Below are positions 52,031 to 64,000 of a stretch of DNA of 64,000 nt, in pieces. The stretch lies in the NCBI RefSeq assembly GCF_006345805.1, contig NC_043010.1, forward strand, positions 66,402,001-66,466,000, read 5' to 3'. Positions within the stretch are counted from its first letter, which is position 1, and each line of letters opens with the position of its first letter. Both the position numbers and the translations under genes were made by a program. Below the pieces are notes generated by a model. It did no database searches. It saw only the letters and a program-made list of their open reading frames with translations, and was not told where the DNA came from. Source of the stretch: Octopus sinensis (Eukaryota).

Positions 52031-52708
52031 TGCTGCTTATTAACTGGTACTTATTTTATCAACTCTGAAAGGATGAAATGCCACGCAACATTATGCCTGG
52101 CGTACAAATGATTTTGCCAGCTCTCCACCTTACAAGGTACAGCAACTTGTATGATATTACTCAGTGTTCTGAGATTTCTAGAAGCCAGATAAGAGGTCCA
52201 GTACTATATTATATTATATTATATTATATTATATTATGTTATATTATATAATGTCGCAAACTGACAGAATTATTAGCAAGCCAGACAATGTTTAGCAGCA
52301 TTCTCCTATCTATTTTTAAAATTCTGAGTTCAAATTCCACCGAGGTTGTCTTTACCTTCCATCCTTTTGGGATTGTTAAAATAAGAACTAGCTGAGAGCT
52401 GGGGTGGGGGTCAATATGATCGACTTGTCTCCCTACCCTAAAATTTTTGGCCTTATATCAAAATTTAAACAGAATTGTTATGTTGTTATATGTATATGTG
52501 TATCAGTTTTTGTCTTGTAAAAAGAAATGTTCTTCATAATTTCTTGTGCTTTGCTGAGCTTTTAGCTTTTACTGTTTGCATGTCTTTTATGCCTCCTCGC
52601 CTTCTTACCCTCTTTCTGTGACGCTCACTACTTTTAACCCCTTTTGTTACCATATTTCTGTCGAAATACTCTGCTTTGCTTTCAATTAGTTTTAAAAATA
52701 ATGGAAGA

Positions 52709-53140
52709 GGTGCGGGCATGGCTGTGTGATAAGAAGCTTGCCTCCCAACCACATGGCTCTGGGTTCAGTCTCTCCATGTGGCACCATGGACGAGTGTCTT
52801 CTGCTATAAGTTTAGGCCAACCAAAGCCTTGTGAATGGATTTCGTAGATGGAAACTAAAAGAAGCCTGTAATATATACATGTGTGTGTGTCTGTGAGTCT
52901 TTGTGTCTGTCCCCCCCCCACCTGATAACCGGTGTTGGTGTGTTTACATCCCTGAAACTTAGTGGTTCAGCAAAAAGAGACCAACAGATTTAGTATCTGG
53001 CTTAAAAAAATAAGTACTGAGGTATGTGTGTGGGGGTGGGTGGTTGGGTGGGCAGGTGGGCCAATTCATTCAACTAAAAATTCTTCAACGTGCTGCCCCA
53101 GCATGGCCACAGTCTAATGACTGAAACAAGTAAAAAATAA
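52709..53140 (+). mobile_element. Diverged family A SINE
   Basis: Head, core and tail present. Confidence 0.75.
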
Positions 53141-53498
53141 ATGAAATTAATTAAAATAACCTCTGTCATTTTTGAACTGTTGTTTGGAACATTAATTAAC
53201 ATGAAATGTTGAGGGGAAGTTTTAAATCAGATCCCTTGAAAATTTGAAATTCGTATTATAGAAGAACTCGGGTGTTCTCAGGTGGTTTGGTATCAAAAGG
53301 GTCAATGCATGATATTTCTTTGTCTTCATTTTCTAAGCATTTCCTGCTTTTGTATTCTTCTTCCGCTGTAAGATCCGTGCCAATGTTTGGAATGAGACGA
53401 CTGGTTGTTGTTGTTTGGATGTGGATGATTTGCAACGGCTGAGGGGACACTGAAGGTGTTTTGGTGATGGTATTTTATGGGACTGGAGGCAAATGTGT

Positions 53499-53499
<1 letters not shown>

Positions 53500-53530
<31 letters not shown>

Positions 53531-53723
53531 TCGTGTGCAAGTGCAGAAATATACATACACATACAGGTAGGTAGATAGATAGAAAGATAGAGAGATAGAG
53601 AAAGAGAGGGGGAGAATGGAAGAGAGGTGGAGAATGAGAGAGATAGAGATTGAGAAATAGACAGATAAAGAAGGAATAAGCAGACAAAGAGAGATAGAGA
53701 AAGAGAAAGATAGAGAGATAGAT

Positions 53724-53758
<35 letters not shown>

Positions 53759-54030
53759 AAGAGAGAGAATGAAAGAGAGATAGAGATTGAGAAATAGACA
53801 AATAAAGAAGGATAGACAGATATAGAGAGAGAGATAGATAGAAAGAGAGAGAGAGGAAAAGATAGAGTGAGAGAAAGAGAGATAGAGATTGAGAAATAGA
53901 TAAAGAAGGAACAGATAGATAAAGAGAGATAGATAGATAGAGAGAGAGAAAGAGCATTAGAGAATGAGAGAGACAAACAGATAGACAGACAGAAAGAATG
54001 AGAGAGAGAGAAAGAGAGAGAGAGGGGGAA
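53500..54030. repeat. (CA)n followed by a GA/GATA polypurine tract
   Basis: Visible repeat; source of the SLSLSL ORFs. Confidence 0.92.
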
Positions 54031-54076
54031 TGAGAAAAATATTAAAATGTCTAATGTCAAATAATTTAGAATTGAA

Positions 54077-54216
54077 ACAACGGAAACGAAGTGCAAGTCC
54101 CTTTCAGCGTTTCCTGAAAAGACACAAAAAGATGATTGGTCTGTTTCCAAAATTCCTGTGAAGAAGGAAATATCTTCCCCGACAAATGCTTCTGTTTTTC
54201 TGGTGACTCGTTTGAA
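54077..54216 (+). pseudogene. 140-bp intronic copy of part of exon 10 (56174-56311)
   Basis: Direct match with 6 substitutions and a 2-nt insertion. Confidence 0.92.
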
Positions 54217-54231
54217 TCAGTGATGTCAAAT

Positions 54232-54655
54232 AGGCGCGGGAGTGGCTGTGTGGTAAGTAGCTTGTTTACCAACCACATGGTTCCGGGTTCAGTCCCACTG
54301 CGTGGCACCTTAGGCAAGTGTCTTCTACTATAGCCTCGGGCCGACCAAAGCCTTGTGAGTGGATTTGGTAGACGGAAACTGAAAGAAGCCCGTCGTATAT
54401 ATGTATATATGTATATATATATATATATGCGTGTGTGTATTTGTGTGTGTCCCCCTAGCATTGCTTGACAACTGATGCTGGTGTGTTTATGTCCCCGTTA
54501 CTTAGCGGTTCGGCAAGAGTGACCGATAGAATAAGTACTGGGCTTACAAAAGAATAAGTCCCGGGGTCGAGTTGCTCGATTAAAGGCGGTGCTCCAGCAT
54601 GGCCGCAGTCAAATGACTGAAACAAGTAAAAGAGTAAAAGAGAGTAAAGAGTAAA
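54232..54655 (+). mobile_element. Family A SINE, near consensus
   Basis: Complete copy. Confidence 0.9.
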
Positions 54656-55012
54656 TAAGCAGTGGCAAAACAGCTGCGCCACTCCATGCACCAATTGTGC
54701 AGCTATTATGCACCATCCGCTCCTTTATATTGTTGTTGGCATTATTTGTGTCCACCCTAGAGCTGTTAGTGCAGATTTATGATGAAAGACATTCTAGCCA
54801 TGACCATCCCGTCTTTTTTTTTTATTGAGATATAGTGAATTTAATACTGCATCATCCAATGTGCACTTATTTTTTTTTATATATTGCAGCATGCAATTTG
54901 TGGGAGATTTGATATTTGACTGCTATTTCTCACAAATTAAATGACCATGAAGAGGCACCATTGTTGTTATTATGTGTGTGTTGCGTATGTGTGTATACAT
55001 ACAAAAATACAG

Positions 55013-55066
<54 letters not shown>

Positions 55067-55545
55067 ATATATATGTATGTATATATATATATATATATAT
55101 AATGTATTTATGTATACATACACACACACACACATGTACACACATGCACACATATACGTCGTATCATTAATACAGCTGCATCTACTCAGTGTATGTCTTT
55201 AATACTTCTGTATGTCTTCAATGCATTTGTATGTCTTTGAAACATCTACATCTCTTTAGTACATCTGTAAATTCTTCATACATCTGTACGTTCTAATCTA
55301 ATGTGTCCTTACCTGACTAACACTAAACCTAACCCTAACCACTCCTCACATACTAATGTACCACGTGTGCCAGTCCCTCTATTAGAACACTCACAAATCT
55401 GTATTAGAGAAGACAGACGTACTATTGATCAAATTAAGATTGAGCCCTAGTCCTTTACATCAAGCTATCTTCCAGGAACCCTATCCTAAGATTTACTTCG
55501 TCTCCCCACTAATACTCTCCCCAATGTCTTGCTTATACTGTTGCA

Positions 55546-55960
55546 TTTATGATATTTCATAGAAATAATGAACTGCACACATATTGTTTTTATGACGTGT
55601 CATAACTGCAATGAACTGCTCATATTTCTATGACGTATCGTAATAGGAGCATACTGCACTTGCATTGGTTTTATGATGTGTCCCAACTGTAGTGTTCTGC
55701 ACATATATTGCTTTTATGATGTGTCATAATGGCAGCCTACTGCACTTGTATTGAGTTTATGATGTGTCACAACTGTAGTGTATTGCACAGATATTGCTTT
55801 TATGATGGGCGACAGTTGCAATGTTTTTGTGCATATAATATATTTATGATGTGTCTCAAGGAATTACAATGCACTAATGAACGGTAATATTTTATTTGTG
55901 ATGTGTCACAATTGCAATATTCTGCACTAGGATTGTTTTTGTGATTTGTCACAACAGTAA
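55546..55960. repeat. Degenerate 43-bp tandem array, 10 units
   Basis: Core TTTATGATGTGTCA at 55546, 55589, 55627, 55670, 55713, 55756, 55799, 55843, 55895 and 55938. Confidence 0.85.
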
Positions 55961-56060
55961 ATGTGTCATTCTTCATAACATAACTGAATCTTAATGTCTT
56001 GAAGCATAGATTATTTTATTGGTACTACTCATTGCCTTTTATTTTATACCCTGTTAACAG

Positions 56061-57827
56061 AAGACTGAAGAAACAAAATCAAAGGCAGGGAAGTCGGTTC
56101 AAACCAGAGCAGCAGCACCTCCGCCTGAGGACCGTGGTCGCCAAAGAAAGAAATCTTCCGGTGCTTTTGTTAGACAACGGAAACGAAGTGCAAGTCCCTT
56201 TCAGCGTTTCCTGAAGAGACGCAAAGATGATTGGTCTGTTTCCAAAATTCCTGTGAAGAAGGAAATATCTTCCCCGACAAATGTTTCTGTTTCTCTGGTG
56301 ACTTGTTCGAAAAAGAAAGGCAATGATGCCACTGTAGTGGTATCTCCTGTCAAAGGAAGGCAATCAAGTCATGACAGTCACTTGCCAGTTTACCCCCGGA
56401 CAGTTCCACTAGCCAGAGCAGAAGACAGTGACTCTGATTCTGACCAATCGGATGCTGGCTTTTCCACTATTTCTGGCGGCACAGTTATTTTTGTTCCACC
56501 TAAACAACGTGCTGATCTGTCTGGAGAGATCTTTGAGAAGGGTGTAAAAGGAAGCATCAGCAAAACTCTTAGCAAAAGAGATCTTGTACTCTGTGATCAT
56601 TCTGTCAAGGGCCAGAATCCTTGGGAACCATCAGTTTCACTTCGCACTCGATCTCGGTCTGTTGACAACGAGCACGATCTGGGTTCTTCACACCTGCAAA
56701 GCAAGCGTTCACTCAGTGCATCGGAAACAAAAGGAACACACAGGCCAAATGCGAGAGCGAGTTTTAAGGTGACAAATGAAACTAAAAAGATTTTACAAAG
56801 AGCTCAAGTACCGTCTGAAAATCTCATCCAACCAGGAATTATTTCTTCAACTCCAAACACATCATCAGTCGATAAAGGCCGTTCTGTGCGACGAGCATCA
56901 TCGGCTAACGAAACTTTACAGCAAAGCAGTGTCAAAGAGCATGCTGTACGTCGTACGTCGTCAATGGCTGGACACAAACAGAACTCGTCTCTGCCTGTGT
57001 TAAAATCCGACATATTGAAGACACGAATGATGCTACAAAATCAACAACAGAACACAAATGCTAGGCCATCACCATCATGGTGTCGTCCTGTTAACGAAGG
57101 TTCAGCAGCAAAGCCGTTGCTGAAAAGAAACATCTCTGAAGCGGATAATTGTTGCAAGACACCAAAATGTACGAGGCTTCGTAGAATTTCCAACCCACTT
57201 CCTGCCTCACCCACACCCAGCACCCCTGTCGGTTCACGTCGACAAACTGAATACAAACAAATGATCAAGGCATGTCTCAACTCGCCAAATCTGCACAAAA
57301 ATACATTTCCTCCTGAAAGCAAGATGCCCGAATCGGAATTAGCAAAAATCAATTTCGACTTCTTGTCTAATCAACAGGACATGTTACTGTACCAGCTGAG
57401 AAGTATCGAAAAGTCATTCAAAGAATTACCTGTACCAAAAGCACCCAAAATGGAGATTGATCTAGAAGAACCTCCCGAAATAAACCATCACGGTAAAGAG
57501 AATGATTCGGTTTTCCTGAGCCCCGCTCCAATCCTTAAGTACAGGCGAGAGCGATTGCCCATGGAAAGTATTGATACTGAAGACGGCGGCAACTTGGGAA
57601 CACGTGAGACTGAGAGCCATTTGAATGAAAGTCCTCACACGCGGCAGAACAGCACACAACCACGGCCTCGAATAATTACTTCAGAAGAAGAAGTGCCGAT
57701 TATATACGTGCGGAAAGACCCCAAGCCTCTCCCACAAATCCAGTCCATTGGCGTACATTTCAAACATCCTAAAAGGGTCACACCCCATATTCTAACCTAT
57801 TATAAGTATGCAAGATTTAACGTATGA
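56061..57827 (+). CDS. ARHGAP11A: Coding exon 10, large terminal exon (588 aa, Ser/Pro/basic-rich, probably disordered)
   Basis: Acceptor gttaacag|AAG in phase 0. The frame is open from 56061 and continuous with ORF 56253-57827; stop TGA at 57825-57827. Confidence 0.85.
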   Translation, partial: KTEETKSKAGKSVQTRAAAPPPEDRGRQRKKSSGAFVRQRKRSASPFQRFLKRRKDDWSVSKIPVKKEISSPTNVSVSLVTCSKKKGNDATVVVSPVKGRQSSHDSHLPVYPRTVPLARAEDSDSDSDQSDAGFSTISGGTVIFVPPKQRADLSGEIFEKGVKGSISKTLSKRDLVLCDHSVKGQNPWEPSVSLRTRSRSVDNEHDLGSSHLQSKRSLSASETKGTHRPNARASFKVTNETKKILQRAQVPSENLIQPGIISSTPNTSSVDKGRSVRRASSANETLQQSSVKEHAVRRTSSMAGHKQNSSLPVLKSDILKTRMMLQNQQQNTNARPSPSWCRPVNEGSAAKPLLKRNISEADNCCKTPKCTRLRRISNPLPASPTPSTPVGSRRQTEYKQMIKACLNSPNLHKNTFPPESKMPESELAKINFDFLSNQQDMLLYQLRSIEKSFKELPVPKAPKMEIDLEEPPEINHHGKENDSVFLSPAPILKYRRERLPMESIDTEDGGNLGTRETESHLNESPHTRQNSTQPRPRIITSEEEVPIIYVRKDPKPLPQIQSIGVHFKHPKRVTPHILTYYKYARFNV

Positions 57828-57841
57828 ATGCATTTGCATGC

Positions 57842-57880
57842 ATCAACCCATGCCAGCATGGAAAACAGACTTGAAATGCC

Positions 57881-57938
<58 letters not shown>

Positions 57939-57945
57939 GTGGTGG
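57842..57945 (+). mobile_element. Family C 3' end with (GAT)n, directly after the stop codon
   Basis: CAACCCATGCCAGCATGGAAAA followed by (GAT)n. Confidence 0.75.
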
Positions 57946-58506
57946 TGCACTTCATTACCCATCTTCTTTTCTTTTTCTTTTTCTTTTCTTTTGCTCTTCC
58001 ACTTTCTTTCTTGAACATTCTTGCCAAATTTTCCTTTTTTCTTAAAATTTCAGTTGTCTGTATTGAACTGCATTATGAATTCAAATTTTCATGTGTTAAA
58101 GTCTACATGTGTCTATATATATATACACACACATGCATACAAGTATATATAAATAATATATACACATACGTATATATATGTATGTACATACACCCACACA
58201 AATCTACATAACATACATATATACATACACACACAACACACATATAAACGTGCTGGCAGAATGTGTGTTACTGACAAGTTTCCTTTACAACTCTGTGGTC
58301 CTTTCTTTAATATTTTCCCCAAAGGCCCCTTGGACAAGTGCCTTTTCTTAGACTTGTGAGAAGATTTGGTGGACAGAAACTGAAGGTAAAACATCATATG
58401 TGGCTGTGTGGTAAGAAGCTTCCTTGCCAACAACATGGTTCTGGGTTCAGTTCCACTGTGTGGCAACCTTGGACAAGTGTCTTTTATTATAGCCTGGGTA
58501 TATGGT

Positions 58507-58548
<42 letters not shown>

Positions 58549-59374
58549 ACGGGTTGTTTGTGCTTGTTCCTCCTTGTCTTGAAATCGTGCTGCAGTTGTA
58601 AATGAGTGACACCCTCATACAAGTGGTGTTATTTGCTTCCAATCTTTTGTGAAAACATGTCCTTCCACAGGAGAGATACTACCTTGCTTGGTGACAGGTG
58701 AAGGTTGATAACAAGGAGGGCATCTGACCATTGAAAATCTGCCTCAACAAAGTGCTGTCTAGTCTGAGCAAGTATGTATGTATATAAGTGAATAGCAGTG
58801 ATACACACACACACACACACATCTTGTTGTATATATACACATACATATATAATATACAAGTATATGCACACACATATACACCTATGCATATGTACATGCC
58901 CCTTGCTTTGTGATATGAAAATAGACATAAAGTACTTTTTTTATCCCAATGACCCTAAACACTTGAGTTATTCTCTGGCCCTGAAGCATTAATCCCCTCC
59001 CCTTTTGTTTCTACCTTACTCCCTGCTTCAACCTACCCCACATCCCCCCAAAAAAACTACCCACGCACACACACAAACCTGATAAGCTAAACAATTTCAG
59101 TCCGATCCCGCTACAGCCTTTCCTTGAACCATGTTGTATCTGATATGCTGTAGCTGGGACTTGAAGTTTTATATTTTGTGAATTGTTTTTTTTTCTTTTC
59201 TATTTTTTTATACATATTTGGTATAAGGGTTGTTGTTTTTTTGTTTCTACTTTCAGAATTGATTTTACCTTCATGGAATTGCAACTTGCATTTTAAATGG
59301 GGGGCGGGGGTAAACCCCTTGTAATTCATCCTCACACATCGTTATCGCCTTTCAGTATTATTAACCTGTCATGG

Positions 59375-62800
<3,426 letters not shown>

Positions 62801-63038
62801 GTATCAAAAGGGGTTAATGATGATGTTTAACTCTTTGTCAGCACTGATCTGGAAGACCAGTGATTAACATTGACCTACACGTGACCATCTTATCTTTTCT
62901 TTCTGAAGCTGTAGTGCGACAGCATTCTATGTAACGTTACCTAGTGTGCTGTCCTTGTTTTTTTAAAAAAAAACTACCATAATGTTATTTCAGTGACATT
63001 TAGCTACTATATCTAGCAGATCAAGCAACCATGTTGAA

Positions 63039-63212
63039 CAGTGGTTCTCAGTCTTTTTAATATCCAAGCCAGATCCAAAACATGGATTTGTTTTTAAGGG
63101 TGGGGACACCACACCAAAAAACAGTAAGACACAAGTCAATTAAAGAAAAAAAATTATATTTATAGTGGGAGGACTGTCAGGGGCCGCAGGGGGCCATGCT
63201 TGAGAACTGCTA
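63039..63212. mobile_element. hAT-type MITE
   Basis: CAGTGGTTCTCA and TGAGAACTGCTA ends; 7/8 TSD ATGTTGAA / ATGTAGAA. Confidence 0.6.
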
Positions 63213-63624
63213 ATGTAGAAGCTCTCTCTCTCTCTCTCTCTCTCCCTCCCTCCCTCTCTCTCCATCTCTCCCTCTCTCTCTCTCTCCCTCTCTCCCCTCC
63301 CCCCCCCTCTCTCTCTCTCTCTCCCTCTCTTTCTTTCTTTTATTGGTGCTAACACATTCAGGGAATTAAAGCAATGTTCTTTTGATCATTCCTCTGCAAA
63401 AGCAAAATTTCTTGCAGGCAATTATTGCTGTATGTCTATTTTGGCTGTGTGGTTAAGAAGATTACTTTGCAACCATTTGGTTTTGAGTTCAGTCCCACGG
63501 AATAGTACTTTGGGCAAATGGTTTTTTTCTTCTTTTTTTTTCCCTACTATAGCCCTAGACTGGCCATTCTATTATGAGTGAATTTGTTAGACAGAAACTG
63601 TGTGGTAGCCTGTCATTTCATCAT

Positions 63625-63960
63625 CATCATCATCATCATCATCATTTAACGTCCGCTTTCCATGCTAGCATGGGTTGGACGGTTCAACTGGGGTCTGGGG
63701 AGCCCGAAAGCTGCACCAGTCCAGTCAGATCTGGCAGTGTTTCTACAGCTGGATGCCCTTCCTAACGCCAACCACTCCGAGAGTGTAGTGGGTGATTTTA
63801 TGTGCCACCGACACAGGTGCCAGACGAGGCTGGCAAACGGCCACGCTCGGATGGTGTTTTTTATGTGCCACCGACACCGGTGCCAGACGAGGCTGGCAGA
63901 CGGCCACGCTCGGATGGTGTTTTTTATGTGCCACCGACACAGGTGCCAGACGAGGCTGGT
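63625..63960 (-). mobile_element. Family C element with 63-bp internal tandem subrepeats
   Basis: ATGTGCCACC at 63800, 63863 and 63926. Confidence 0.8.
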
Positions 63961-64000
63961 TTTATATATGTATATATATACATTTATTCTTTTATTTTTT

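Noticed and set aside
55546-55960. Repeat-spacer pattern resembling CRISPR
   Set aside because: The spacers are homologous to each other (shared CTGCAC) and the context is a eukaryotic intron.

Overview
AT-rich eukaryotic DNA dense in microsatellites and SINEs. The repeat families are most consistent with an octopus (coleoid cephalopod) genome; this is inferred, not confirmed by a search. The only recognisable host gene is a + strand ARHGAP11A-like RhoGAP with 10 coding exons (ATG 10062, stop 57827, about 1030 aa once frames are reconciled). I rebuilt it by hand from GT-AG sites, phase matching and recalled similarity to ARHGAP11A. The model has three 1-nt frame conflicts, all at or next to A5 runs. 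They are most likely long-read consensus errors, although one falls at the position where human ARHGAP11B diverges from ARHGAP11A. The rest of the window is repeats: several tRNA-derived SINE families, CR1, R2-like and Dong/R4 LINE fragments, hAT, mariner and piggyBac-like MITEs, and Helitron-like elements. The most unusual structures are a 45 x 94-bp satellite built from a SINE 3' end, long foldbacks just downstream of the donors of exons 3, 4 and 7, an R2-type RT fragment spliced into a SINE, a SINE concatemer, an intronic copy of part of the last exon, and a degenerate 43-bp array before the last exon. There are no prokaryotic features and no CRISPR array. No new system can be claimed with confidence; the best candidate is the set of exon-adjacent dsRNA foldbacks.
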